The notes below the pieces were generated by a model, which saw nothing but the letters and a program-made list of their open reading frames with translations, was not told the origin of the DNA and did not search any database. From assembly GCF_001194135.2 (NCBI RefSeq), contig NC_068995.1, positions 10,844,141 to 10,908,140 of the forward strand: a DNA stretch of 64,000 nucleotides. Direction: 5' to 3'. Numbering within the stretch: position 1 is the stretch's first letter; every line of letters starts with the position of its first letter. Of the stretch, positions 37,427 to 51,542 are shown in pieces. The translations under genes were made by a program, and so were the position numbers. This DNA comes from Octopus bimaculoides (lineage: Eukaryota).

Positions 37427-38590
37427 GTATATCTATGTGCATGTCTGTGTACGTATATATATATATATATGGATATATGCTTATGCTTATATATTCATGT
37501 GTGTATATATCTACATAGAGCTATAGATATGTGAATATCTACACAGACACGTGTATGCATGCATATATGTATTTATTTGTGTCTGTGTACGCTCGTGCAT
37601 GTGTGTATGTGTGCATGTATATATATATATATATATATNNNNNNNNNNNNNNNNNNNNNNNNNNNNNNNNNNNNNNNNNNNNNNNNNNNNNNNNNNNNNN
37701 NNNNNNNNNNNNNNNNNNNNNNNNNNNNNNNNNNNNNNNNNNNNNNNNNNNNNNNNNNNNNNNNNNNNNNNNNNNNNNNNNNNNNNNNNNNNNNNNNNNN
37801 NNNNNNNNNNNNNNNNNNNNNNNNNNNNNNNNNNNNNNNNNNNNNNNNNNNNNNNNNNNNNNNNNNNNNNNNNNNNNNNNNNNNNNNNNNNNNNNNNNNN
37901 NNNNNNNNNNNNNNNNNNNNNNNNNNNNNNNNNNNNNNNNNNNNNNNNNNNNNNNNNNNNNNNNNNNNNNNNNNNNNNNNNNNNNNNNNNNNNNNNNNNN
38001 NNNNNNNNNNNNNNNNNNNNNNNNNNNNNNNNNNNNNNNNNNNNNNNNNNNNNNNNNNNNNNNNNNNNNNNNNNNNNNNNNNNNNNNNNNNNNNNNNNNN
38101 NNNNNNNNNNNNNNNNNNNNNNNNNNNNNNNNNNNNNNNNNNNNNNNNNNNNNNNNNNNNNNNNNNNNNNNNNNNNNNNNNNNNNNNNNNNNNNNNNNNN
38201 NNNNNNNNNNNNNNNNNNNNNNNNNNNNNNNNNNNNNNNNNNNNNNNNNNNNNNNNNNNNNNNNNNNNNNNNNNNNNNNNNNNNNNNNNNNNNNNNNNNN
38301 NNNNNNNNNNNNNNNNNNNNNNNNNNNNNNNNNNNNNNNNNNNNNNNNNNNNNNNNNNNNNNNNNNNNNNNNNNNNNNNNNNNNNNNNNNNNNNNNNNNN
38401 NNNNNNNNNNNNNNNNNNNNNNNNNNNNNNNNNNNNNNNNNNNNNNNNNNNNNNNNNNNNNNNNNNNNNNNNNNNNNNNNNNATATATATATATATATAT
38501 AAGTTCAAAAAAACAATAACAAAAAAAACAACAAAGTGAGGACGTGATACGGATAGTGTTATTGGATGCTCAAGAAAGGAAAGAGAGAGT

Positions 38591-38625
38591 GTATGACGTT
38601 TCGGGCGTAGCCCTTCGTCGGAAAG
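38591..38625 (-). ncRNA. Degenerate minimal hammerhead motif, in the unit at about 38502-38700
   Basis: Minus strand: CUUU-CCGACGA-A-GGGC-uac-GCCC-GAAAC-GUC-AUAC. Stem II and the cleavage triplet are intact; U4>C and stem I is poor. Confidence 0.5.
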
Positions 38626-39646
38626 ATGGAAAGTTCGGAGAATGGAAGAACGGAGAAAGAGGAAAATGGTACCGATGCCCACGAAGTTACACTGCACTGG
38701 CATCAGTCATTAATCACAACCAAGAATAAAGACTTGACTGATGATGTATAGACATAAAAGTCATATCCTCAAAATCTGGTAATAATGTCTATTTTTTGGT
38801 AAAAGCCATATTTTTATTTCTGCTTAAGAAACTCATTTTGCAACCATGTGATTTTGGTTTAAGTCCCACTGCATGGCACCTTGGGCAAGTGTCTTTTACT
38901 ATTGTCTTGGGCTGACCATGCCTTGTGAGTGAATTTGGTAGATGGGAAACTATGAGGAAACTAGTCATATGTGCATATGTACTGAAAATGTAAAAGTGTG
39001 TCAAAAGAATTGCAGTGATTTTTAAATAAAGAATGTCATTCAATAAGTTTTCTGTTATTTGTCCATCCATATTAACTCTATGGACACTATGGAATTCTCG
39101 ATCTATATCCAGTAGCATGAGCATTTCCACTGTATGATGACATCAGGTAGCCAATAACCGTGGATGAGCTTTGCATGGCATTCTACAAGGTTTTTACCTC
39201 AACCTTATTTAACTGTTTGTGTGGGTGCATGCATGCATGTGTGAGTGTGTGCGTGTGTGCGTGTGTGTGTGTGTGTTGGCAATAGAAACATCATTCAAGA
39301 GTCGAAAATCTGCCCCAGTAAGACTCACCTAACTCATGCTTGCATGGAAAAATGGATGTAAAAAAAAATGAATGGAATAATGACATGATGAACAATGCAA
39401 GCAGACATACATACAGAGAAATATATAAACATATATCTCTACATATATACACAAATATATATATATATACATACATACAAACATATATCTAAGAAGCATG
39501 CATGTGAATAAATACATAATTATATACACACTCAAATATGTGATTGTGTACATGTACAAATAGCTAATGGGTCTGTGTGTCTATATAAATATATATATGC
39601 CTGTGTGGTGTATATGTACATATATATAAATATGTGTATGTACGTA

Positions 39647-39704
<58 letters not shown>

Positions 39705-39880
39705 TACACATTACATGCACACAGACATACATATACACACAAACATATGCGCACAAATACATATGCACACACGTACTCACATAAGGATGTGCCTCATGTC
39801 AAGATGTCAGCAATGACATATGAGTGTGTTCAGTGAACTTGAAACTACAATTTAAGATGTATGCTTATTGAGTATGTGTA

Positions 39881-39912
<32 letters not shown>

Positions 39913-39935
39913 ATGTATATATATATATATATATA

Positions 39936-39974
<39 letters not shown>

Positions 39975-40033
39975 ATATAATATATATATATATATATTTG
40001 TATATATATATGTGTGTGTGTGTGTATATATAT

Positions 40034-40072
<39 letters not shown>

Positions 40073-40415
40073 CACACATAAATATGTACACACAATGAAT
40101 GGAATAGAGAAAGCGAAAGGTAAGGGTAGAGATGGGCAGAGAGGGAGAAAGAGAAAATCAGAGAGAGAGAGAGAGAGAGGAAGGGATGATATGTGAGGGG
40201 AGTGTATGAAGGAGAAGAGGATGAAGTGGGAGGAGGGTGGAAAGATGAAATATGAGAAATATGCCATGTGGTGGCAGCGAAGTGACATCAAGCATGCAGC
40301 AGACCAGAGCACATGAAGTTGGTGCGTACGCTCAGATTTGGAATAGAAGAGAACGGTGGGGAAAAGAAATGGATGGTGGGACATTTCTATTCATATGAAT
40401 GTTGGGGCAACTAGA

Positions 40416-40466
<51 letters not shown>

Positions 40467-41213
40467 NNNNNNNNNNNNNNNNNNNNNNNNNNNNNNNNNN
40501 NNNNNNNNNNNNNNNNNNNNNNNNNNNNNNNNNNNNNNNNNNNNNNNNNNNNNNNNNNNNNNNNNNNNNNNNNNNNNNNNNNNNNNNNNNNNNNNNNNNN
40601 NNNNNNNNNNNNNNNNNNNNNNNNNNNNNNNNNNNNNNNNNNNNNNNNNNNNNNNNNNNNNNNNNNNNNNNNNNNNNNNNNNNNNNNNNNNNNNNNNNNN
40701 NNNNNNNNNNNNNNNNNNNNNNNNNNNNNNNNNNNNNNNNNNNNNNNNNNNNNNNNNNNNNNNNNNNNNNNNNNNNNNNNNNNNNNNNNNNNNNNNNNNN
40801 NNNNNNNNNNNNNNNNNNNNNNNNNNNNNNNNNNNNNNNNNNNNNNNNNNNNNNNNNNNNNNNNNNNNNNNNNNNNNNNNNNNNNNNNNNNNNNNNNNNN
40901 NNNNNNNNNNNNNNNNNNNNNNNNNNNNNNNNNNNNNNNNNNNNNNNNNNNNNNNNNNNNNNNNNNNNNNNNNNNNNNNNNNNNNNNNNNNNNNNNNNNN
41001 NNNNNNNNNNNNNNNNNNNNNNNNNNNNNNNNNNNNNNNNNNNNNNNNNNNNNNNNNNNNNNNNNNNNNNNNNNNNNNNNNNNNNNNNNNNNNNNNNNNN
41101 NNNNNNNGAAAGAATGAAAGGCAAAGTTGACCTCAGCAGAATTTGAACTCAGAACTCAGAGCTAAGCATTTTTCCCTGGCGTGCTAATGATTCTGCCAGC
41201 TCATCACCTTTGT

Positions 41214-41251
<38 letters not shown>

Positions 41252-41589
41252 TAATAATAACAATAATAATGATGATGATGATGATGCTGCTGATGATGAT
41301 GATAATCCACATGCTCCATGCTCCTCGAAAGATCCACTTGATGGATCAACTTTATATTACTGAAGAGTTAATATTCTTCTTTATTGTCTCTATTTACCTA
41401 TACACATGCATACATGCGTATGCATATATATATATATATATATATATACATACATATATATATATATATATATATGTATATACATACATATATATGCGTG
41501 TGTGTATATATATATATCTATATATATAACCGTATATACATATATTATGTATGTGTATATATATATATGTATGCATGCATGTATGTATG

Positions 41590-41647
<58 letters not shown>

Positions 41648-41660
41648 NNNNNNNNNNNNN

Positions 41661-41702
<42 letters not shown>

Positions 41703-41754
41703 ATATATATACATATATTATGTATGTGTATGTATATATGTATGCATGCATGTA

Positions 41755-41804
<50 letters not shown>

Positions 41805-42159
41805 CCAGATGCATATCACAAATACAACAACAATAACAACAACAACAACAAGACGTAACTCTAACAACAATAACAATGTGGTCCCTATTTTGTTTTTCAT
41901 TAGGATGTTGGGAATAATACTGTAAACAGCTCGTCAAGAGATTGAGAGACATATTGGAAGGGAGCCAGGAAGAATGAAGAATGGAGTTACAGAAAAACTG
42001 TCATGGTTTTTATTCTGTAAGAAGAATCTCCATTTTCATTTCTTTGTCCTCAAGAATCGAGGAGATTTCTCTCCTAAATCTCAAGACAGGAATGGATATG
42101 TTGACAATGATCACTGCATAACTTTGTAGCAATGATGACGACGACGACGACGACAACGG

Positions 42160-42970
42160 TGAGAGCGGTGATGATGGAGGAAAGGACGGGGATAAAAAGA
42201 TAGAGGGAGAAGAGAAGAAGGGAATGAAGTGTGAGAAGCATAAGAAGAAGAATCAGGAGGAGGAGGAGGAGGAGGAGGAGGAAAACTGAGGAAAAGTAGG
42301 AGAAAGAAATGAAAAATGGGAAGCATGAGGAGGAGGGGGAGGAGAAGGGAATGAAGAACGAGCAGTATATGAAATTTAGAAGAAGAAAATTCAGGAGAAA
42401 AAGGAAGAAGAGAAAATGGAGGAGGAAAAGAAGAAAGAGAAGAGAAGAAAAATGAGATGAAGGAGGGGAGGAGGGGAAGAGGAAGAGGAGAAGGAGAAGA
42501 AAAAGGAGAGAAATGAGATAAAAAAGAAGAAACAAGAAAAATGAGATGAAGAAGTGGGGGGGGGGAAGAAGTGGAGGAGAAGAAGAAGAAGGAGAAAAAT
42601 GAAATAAAGAAGAAGAAACAGAAGAATAATGAGATGAAGGAGGGGGGAAGGTGGGAGAGGAAGAAGAGGAGGAGGAGAAGGAAGACAAAGAGGTGGAGAA
42701 AAAGAAGAAGAAAAAAGGAGAAAAATGAGATGAAAAAGAAGAAACAGGAGAGAAGAAAAATAAGATGAAGGAGGGGAGGAGAAAAATGAGATGGAAAAGT
42801 AGGAGAGGTGACCGAGGATGAGAAGAAAAAAGCAGAAAAATATTAAGAGAAGCAAAGGAATTGTATTAAATAATCAAAAAAAAGAAGAAATGAAAGTAAA
42901 GTAAACAAGAAGAAGAATAGGAAGAAGAATGAAAGAAGAAGAAGCACAAGAACTACAAGATGCAAAGAAA
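42160..42970 (+). repeat. Long purine-rich (GAA/GGA) low-complexity tract with recurring AAAAATGAGATGAAG units
   Basis: Almost pure A/G on the plus strand for about 800 bp. Confidence 0.85.
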
Positions 42971-43294
42971 AACGAAAAACATGAAATGCTGATGTTTAGG
43001 GTGTAACTTGGCGCAGTTTCAGAGAACTCTCAAGAAAAATAACAAAATGGTAAAGTGAAACCTTAGAATTACATTATTAAAGTATAATAGAAGAGAAATT
43101 TAAAACTCTCATAACTAGAATTAGAGTTTTTGGCAAATAAACACATAAATTTTATTGAATTTAAGCCTCTCCTGTCCCGTGAGTCAACACTTTGGGAAAA
43201 CATGCGACACTGTGTGAAATATGGAGTATGTACAGAGTTTTAGAGCAATTTTGGGGGTTCTTGTCAGAGAAATATTGTTATTTATTAATGTGGT

Positions 43295-43612
43295 ATGCTA
43301 ACTGGAACTCTGTCGGCTATGACGACGAGGGTTCCAGTTGAGCTGATCAATGGAATAGCCAGCTCGTGAAATTAAAATCCAGGTGGTTGAGTACTCCACA
43401 GACATGTGTATCCTTAATGTAGTTCGCAGGGAGAATCAGTGTGACAAGGCTGGCCCTTTGAAATACAGGTACTACTCATTTTTGCCAGCTGAGTGGACTG
43501 GAGCTATGTGAAATAAAGAGTTTTGCACAAAGACATACATTGCCAAAGATTGAACTCATGACCTTACAATCGTGAGCCGAATACCCTAACCACTAAGCCA
43601 TGTGCCTTCACA
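43295..43612 (-). mobile_element. tRNA-derived SINE, family D
   Basis: Minus-strand head GTGAAGGCACATGGCTTAGTGGTTAGGG...GAGTTCAATC. Body CAGTCCACTCAGCTGGCAAAAATGAGTA is shared with 57330-57622. Confidence 0.75.
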
Positions 43613-44077
43613 CATGGTATGATAAATGAATGAGGTAATGAGGGAGATTTAAAGTGCATCGTTTGATCTATTAGAAATAGCAGCTAAATATCTTTTATCT
43701 GTTACTTGTTTTCGATCATTGGACTACAGTCATTCTGGGAGACAACTTTGAAGGGTTTCAGCTGAACAAATTGAAACCAGGACTTTTTAAAAAGTCTGAT
43801 ATGTCTTCTATCGAGTTGTTTTGCTGAACAACCAAGTTTTGAGATGTAAACAAACCAACACCAGCTTTTGAGTGCTTGGTTGGTGAGGACAAACACAAAG
43901 ACACACACTGAGAACATATTTCTTCGTGGTTAGATGATTCGGCATCTATTTCTAGCATATAGGAGTCCACTTTTGCTGGTCATTCCTCTTATTTTTGTAT
44001 ATATATCAGACTGTTTTAAATAATATATGTAACTCCTATATGCGTTGAGGCCTCTTTTGTTTTGTTTGACCACTTGC

Positions 44078-44141
<64 letters not shown>

Positions 44142-44229
44142 GAGAATATACAAAAAATAACAACAGACGAGGACAGGTGGTGTAAATAACAAAAGTATAT
44201 ATTAGTATGACGCTCGGGAATACGGAAAG

Positions 44230-44266
44230 TCTTTGACGTTTCGAGCTACGCTCTTCAACAGAAAGA
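44230..44266 (-). ncRNA. Minimal hammerhead-like motif with a CUGUUGA core, in the unit at about 44140-44305
   Basis: Minus strand: UCUUU-CUGUUGA-A-GAGC-gua-GCUC-GAAAC-GUC-AAAGA. Perfect stems I and II, GUC triplet. Confidence 0.65.
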
Positions 44267-45947
44267 ATACGGAGACAAGGAGAAAAACACGGAGAAAAAA
44301 AAAAATATATATATATATATATATGCATATGTATGTTTGTATATATATATATATATATATATATGCATATGTATGTTTGTATACATACATATATATATGT
44401 GTGTTTGTGTGTAAAACTGTGTATCCTGAATTTTAGAAAAGGAATAACATATTGCTTCATGCTATAAAAAGAAGTTTGTGTCAGGAATATTTTACAACTA
44501 CACAGTAGTCTTGAGGTGCCCCATCCAGCCCATGGAGGGGCGAACGTAAAATGACAATGCTCCTACTGCTGATTTTGACGATAATGATGTTGATGATGGT
44601 GATGATGATGATGACGAAAACGATGTGTGTGTGTGTGTGTGTGTGTGTGTTATGGGGAAAAGCTTTTCTCTTTTAAATGTTTTGCATTTAAAAACATGAC
44701 TGCGTTCTAGTTTCATCATTTCCATTATGTTTCTGGGGGGTTTTTTCTCTTTCATATTCCCCAATGAATTCTTTAAAGATTGTTTGGAACAGTTTGTTAA
44801 AAAACATAAAATCAAAATAAAAAATATATAAATAAAATAATAATAATAATAATAATAATAAAAAATAATAAATAACAAAACTTTCAAAAAAATATCTCTG
44901 AGACAGTCATAGGGAAATATGAAGAAAAATAAGCAAAAATGCTAGAAATAGGACACATTTGTGTTTTCTATATAACACACACAGATAAACAGACACCACA
45001 CACACACACAAACACACATATCACGTGCAAAATACACATACATATGCATGTTTATTATCATATTTTAAAAGTCTCTGTACAGAATATGTTAAGACAATCT
45101 TGGCTGTTGATTTTCATATGTAATGATGTCCCTGAGTAATTTCTCTCATGCAATGTGTTCCCTAAAATACATGCCTATTCTACGGACTATTATTCTTGTG
45201 CAATATTGTCCATAAACTTAGTGGTTATCTCACCACTTCTTCATAAGTACAGTGGAATCTGTGTCTCACCGAGGAGATCTAATAAGACTGAAACATGACC
45301 AGAGTTGTCACCCATACTTTCTAGAATAATTAAAAAAGAATATTAGTCATAAACTGTAGGTGTGGCTATGTGGTAAGCAAGTTTGCTTCAAAACCACATA
45401 GTTCTGTGTTCAATCCCACTGTGTGACACCTTGGGCAAATGTCTTCTACTATAGCCTCAGCCCTGTCAAAGCCTTGTGAATTGATTTGGTAGAGAGGAAC
45501 TAAAAGAAGCCTGTCATATATACATATATCTATGTGTGTGTAACTTTGTGTCTGTGTGTCCCCTACCATTATTTGACAACTGGTGTTGGTATGTCTGTGT
45601 TCCCATAATGCAGTGGTTCAGCTAAGCCTATTGTATGTGTGTGTGTGTGTGTGTGTGTGTGCATGCATGTTTCTGTGTGTATGTCACTGTCACCTTGCTC
45701 CTAACATCACATCACAGTTGTAAGCAAGTGCCACTGACATACAAGTGGTGTTTTTCAGTTCCAACCTTCCAAGACACGTCTGATCACGGCGAAACATTAC
45801 CTTATTCAGAATCAGGTGAGGGTTACTGACAGGAAGGGCATCCAACCATAGACAGTCCACTTCAACAAATTCTGTCTGATCCATGCAAACATGGAAAAGT
45901 GGACATTACGATGACAATGATGAAGACGATGATGATGATGATAACGA

Positions 45948-46162
45948 AGGTGGCGACCTGGCAGAATCGTTAGCACACTGGACAAAATGCTTGCAGTATT
46001 CCATCTGTCGCCACGTTCTGAGTTCAAATTCCGCCGAGGTCAACTTTGCCTTTCATTCTTTAAGGGTCGATAAATTAAGTACCAGTTACATACTGAGGGC
46101 CAATGTAATCGACTAGTCCCTTCCCCCAAATTTCAAGCCTTGTGCCTATAGTAGAAAGGATA
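45948..46162 (+). mobile_element. SINE family B, directly after a family-C tail (45690-45945)
   Basis: GGTGGCGACCTGGCAGAATCGTTAGC...GAGTTCAAATTCCGCCGAGGTCAACTTTGCC; it starts at the end of the (GAT)n tail of the family-C copy. Confidence 0.85.
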
Positions 46163-46574
46163 ATGATAAACTAATACAGTTTTCTTTTTCCCTGATCAAG
46201 CAATTATTCCTGACTGGCAATTTAACATCCAAGGCATTAAATATGTTAACACAATGCTGTGATTTGATATTCAAACTAACAGTAAAGCATTATTCAAAAA
46301 CTAGAAATTTATACATAAACAATAAAACAGTAAAATGTAAAATTTTGTATAAACATTTTCAAAACACCCTGAGGCTATTAATGACCAGTATTGAGGCTGT
46401 AATTTCAACCAGTCAAATGGCTGAAGGATGCATTTCACTTTTTATAAGATGCTTGTTAATAATCACAGGTGACATTTCTAGATGGTTTTGTTTATATTGC
46501 AGATTGTTAAGCGAAATAACATGCATAGACTGAAATGATAATATTGTGGAATGTGCTTGCGTGTATGTGTGTAT

Positions 46575-46619
<45 letters not shown>

Positions 46620-46796
46620 GGAGTGTGTGTGTCTAGTGAAATGAGAAGCGAATATGCACTCTACGTGCAGTGCAGATAGTTGCTTAAGCATGAAACTTAA
46701 GTAGCGTGTTTATTTATCTAAAGTGCTGTATAAAAATCATATATTATTGCAAGTGTACATAAATAAATATGTTTGCGTACACACACATTTGCATGC

Positions 46797-46832
<36 letters not shown>

Positions 46833-46962
46833 ATGTGTGTTTGTATCTATATATACATATATACATATTTAGGAATATAAATATATATATATATATATAT
46901 AAATTTTTATATAAATATATATATATATACATACACATTTATGTTTATATACACATGTGCAC

Positions 46963-46996
<34 letters not shown>

Positions 46997-47539
46997 CTAC
47001 ACATTCTCATTTTTATATATATTTATATATATAGATATATATACATACATATATAAATGCATGTTTATTTTCATACAAACACATTAATATGTATGCATGT
47101 ACTCACTTTCTGTCTGTCTCTCTCTCTCTCTATAAGCACACACACACAAACACATTTTTACTTTTACAAATAAGGAAAATGACAGCTCACTTCACAGAAT
47201 CTTTCAGAGGAGAACAAATTAAATGGCTAGATTTGGACTCTGCTGATATTCATCCCGTTTTGTCCTTGCCAGAAAGATCTGATCATGTGAACAATGACAA
47301 ACAGCATTGCACATTAATTCTTTAGCATTTCTGAACAAAATGACGTCGATAAAAAATGAAACGCAGTTTAACTTCTCCCTAAAATATTTCAAAATGCATA
47401 AACATTTATAACTTAAAAATAAAATGTCACAGACATTAGTCATAGAAGTACAATTCTCAGTCTATATTATGCATATTGTTTACGTTAGTTGGACTTGTGG
47501 CCAATAAAGATGTGGATACCAATGTAACTAATATAAACA

Positions 47540-48228
47540 GTAGGCACAGGAGTGGCTGTGTGGTAAATAACTTACTTACCAACCACATTGCGCACTGCAT
47601 GGCACCTTGGGCAAGTGTCTTCTACTATAGCCTTCGGCTGACCAAAGCCTTGTGAGTAGAATTGGTAGGCGGAAACTGAAAGAAACCTGCCATACCATAT
47701 ATACATACATACAAATATATATATATATATATATATATATCATCATCAGCATCATCGTCGTTGTGTAATATCCGCTTTCCATGCTGGCATGGGTTGGATG
47801 GTTTGACTGAGGGCTGGTGAGTCAGGAGGCTGCACCAGGCTTCAATCTGATCTGGCAGAGCTTCTACAGCTGGATGCCCTTCCTAGCGCCAACCACTCCG
47901 AGAGTGTAGTGGGTGCTTTTTATGTGCCACCGGCACAGGAGCCAGTCAGGCGGCACTAGCAAAAACCATGCTTGAAATGGTGTTTTTTACATGCCACCGG
48001 CACAGGAGCCAATCAGGCGGCACTGGCAACGATCATGCTCGAATGGTGCTTTTAATGTGCATCCCCCCACCATCACTTGACAACTGATGTTGGTGTGTTT
48101 GGCAAAAGAGACCGATACAATAAATACTAGGCGTACATAGAATAAGTCATGGGAACGGTTTGTTCAACTAAAGGCAGTGCTCCAGCATGGTCGCAGTCAA
48201 ATGACTGAAACAAATAAAAGAATAAAGG
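47540..48228 (+). mobile_element. SINE family A with a family-C SINE (minus strand, 47742-48060) nested in its central microsatellite
   Basis: A head 47540-47700, TA tract, reverse-complemented C copy, then the A tail at 48062-48228. Confidence 0.8.
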
Positions 48229-48339
48229 TGTATACAATCATAGAAGCATGTGGAGTTCAACACATCCTGAAAGTCTGTTCCTACATAAATAGGCCTAAAT
48301 AAACTCAATATAATTTTGGTTTCCATTAATATTAATAAT

Positions 48340-49283
48340 GTTCTTTCTAATGTTGGCAAAAGGCCTGGAATTTTGACGGAAAGGGCAGGTTACTCGATGA
48401 AAGGCAAAGTTAACTTTGGTGGAATTTGAACTGCGAATGTAAATCTAGAGGAAATACAACTGGGTATTTTGTACAGCATGCTAATGATTGTACCAGCTCA
48501 CCGCTTTGGTATAAAGATTAATATTTGTAATATTGGTTTCAAATTTTGGCACAAGGCCAGTAATTTTGAGGGAAGGGAATAATTGGATTATATTAAACCC
48601 AATGATCAACTGGTATTTATTTTATAGACTCCAAAAAGATGAAGGTTGAAATTTGACTTTGGTGGAATTTGAACTCAGAAAGTAAAGTTAGATGAAGTGC
48701 AGGTAAGCATTTTGCTTGACATGCTAACAATTCTGCCAGCTTGCTACTTTATTAACATTAGTAATTTTGCTTTCGAATTTAGGCACAAGGCCAGCAATTT
48801 TAGGAGAACGGGCAAGTTGATTACATTGACGTTGATCCCAGTACTCAGCTGGTAGCCTTTTCATCAACTCCGAAAGGATGAAAGACGAAGTCGACCTTGG
48901 CTGAGTTTGAACTCTGAGCGTAAAGGCAAATGAAATGCTGCCAAGCATTTTGCCTGGTGTGCTAATGATTCTGCCAGCTCACTGCCTCGTTTAATATTAG
49001 TAATATTAAAATCACCTGATGGTTGGGAATGTTATAGAATAAGAGGCAAAAAGGCAGCAAGCAGGCAGAAACGTTACCTCGCCGGGCGAAATGCTTAGCA
49101 GTATTTTGTCTGCCGCTACGTTCTGAGTTCAAATTCCGCCGAGGTCGACTTTGCGTTTCATCCTTTCGGGGTCAATAAAATTAAGAACCAGTTACACACT
49201 GGGGTCGATATAATCGACTTAATCTGTTTGTCTGTCCTTGTTTGTCCCTTCTCTGTGTAGCCCCTTGTGGGTAGTAAAGAACT
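48340..49283. mobile_element. Cluster of four family-B SINEs: three minus in tandem, then one plus (49053-49283)
   Basis: The GGAATTTGAACT/GAGTTTGAACT B-box complement recurs at about 48421, 48664 and 48903. The plus copy matches 20198. Confidence 0.8.
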
Positions 49284-50472
49284 AAAAGGCAAGCTATCAG
49301 CTAATCGAGACTGCAGAGCATTCTTCCACCCCCCCCCCCCNNNNNNNNNNNNNNNNNNNNNNNNNNNNNNNNNNNNNNNNNNNNNNNNNNNNNNNNNNNN
49401 NNNNNNNNNNNNNNNNNNNNNNNNNNTCGAAAAATCTACAAATGTCTGAATATGTTTCATTGTTGGAAGGAGAATATTGGGTGAGAACGAAAAAAATATA
49501 AACACACTGATAAAAATCAACAAGAATTAAATACATAACAATTATAAATGCTTTCTACACAGTTTAATTATTTCTGAGAGGAGAACAAAACGAATAATAA
49601 TAATAATAATAGTAATAATAATAATAATAATAATAAAAAAACAAAAAAACCAAAACAATAAAAAATAAAAACAACAAAAACAAAGAATGTATTTATAGTG
49701 TAGAATGACAATAATACAAGACTATAGATCAAGTAGGAGCAATAATACTATCAGTTAACTTTTTTTTGGCAGGGTATCATTACAAACAATGGACATAGAG
49801 AGCAAAGCAAAATTATTAGCTATTAATACATCAGGCTGTAGGCAATAAATCCTTGATTATTGCGGAGGTTGGATGAAATGGGCTTAGGTATATCCTTGGA
49901 AAAGAACAATTGTAAAGCGTCCGTTAACAATGCTATGAATGATTATTTCAAAGTGGACAAGAACCGTGTATCTGTCTTTCAGGAGGGATTCCTAATGATT
50001 TCACCACTACCACAAGTCATCTAAACATACTACTAAATCAAGTGGAAGGACTCACTTCATGTAAACAACCGTGTAGAAATGAGCTTAGGTGGGTGGGGGT
50101 TATGGGTTTTCAGGAGGGAGGCGAAATTTAGGAGACATGAATGGAAAAAAATTAAAAGGCAATTTCATTCCTAGACATCCTTTAATCTATGAGATTATCA
50201 TCTTTATTTTTTGTGTGTGTGTGTGTTTTTTATGTTGCACTGTGACCATGCTGGGGCACTGCATAAAGCTTTTAGTCAAACAAGCTGATCCTAGTACATA
50301 CGTGTTTTTCTTTTTTTAAGGTCTTGTGCTTATTCTAGCAGTTTCTTTTGCCAAACCACTAAGTTATTAGGACATAAATAAACCAATGCTGGTTGTCAAA
50401 AAGGAGACAAGCACAAACACAAACACAACCATGCACACACACATGCATGCATGCACACACACATGCTTGCAT

Positions 50473-50534
<62 letters not shown>

Positions 50535-51542
50535 GACTTCCATGCAGGACACTAGGGCACTGACTGACTTGCAGAGATAGTAAAAGGCACTGGTCCGAGG
50601 TGTTGTGAAGTGGGACTGAACTGTAAACCACATGACTGCAAAGGGAGCCTCTTAACCACACAGCCATGTCTGCATGATTAAATAACTAAATAAAAGGACC
50701 TCAGTCAGTGTCCATGATGAGCATTCAGTTGTTTGATTAACTGAAGCAATCTACTCACTGAGTCAATGCAGAAGTGGCTGAATATACCACAGACACTTGT
50801 AGCCTAAAATATAATTCCTAGGTAGACTCAGTTGGGCTTCTGCATTAGGTGGACAACCCTTGTAATAGGTTTTAGTCCTAGACATGTTGTGGCTGAATAA
50901 AAAATGGGTTAAAAATGGAAATAATTTGATCATTGGTCAATTGAATTAAATAACAACTGACCTTGGGTTAAACAATAACTCAAAAACAGCCCACCATGGG
51001 ACCTAATAACCTTCTTCAGATATTCTTTTCTACTCTAGGCACAAGCCCTGAAATTTTTGTTGAGGGGGGCCAGTCATTTAGATCGACCCCAGTATGCAAC
51101 TGGTACTTAATCTATCGACCCTGAAAGGAAGAAAAGCAAAGTCAACCTCGGCGGAATTTGAACTCAGAATGTAAAGACAGACGAAATACCGCTAAGCATT
51201 TTGTCTTTTTTTTTTTTTTCAATCCATGTGATTTCTACTTTTATTCTTTTAGTTGTTTCAGTCATTGAACAGTGGCCATGCTGGGGCACTCACCACCTTT
51301 AAAAAGTTTTCGTTGAATAAATTGCTTCCANNNNNNNNNNNNNNNNNNNNNNNNNNNNNNNNNNNNNNNNNNNNNNNNNNNNNNNNNNNNNNNNNNNNNN
51401 NNNNNNNNNNNNNNNNNNNNNNNNNNNNNNNNNNNNNNNNNNNNNNNNNNNNNNNNNNNNNNNNNNNNNNNNNNNNNNNNNNNNNNNNNNNNNNNNNNNN
51501 NNNNNNNNNNNNNNNNNNNNNNNNNNNNNNNNNNNNNNNNNN

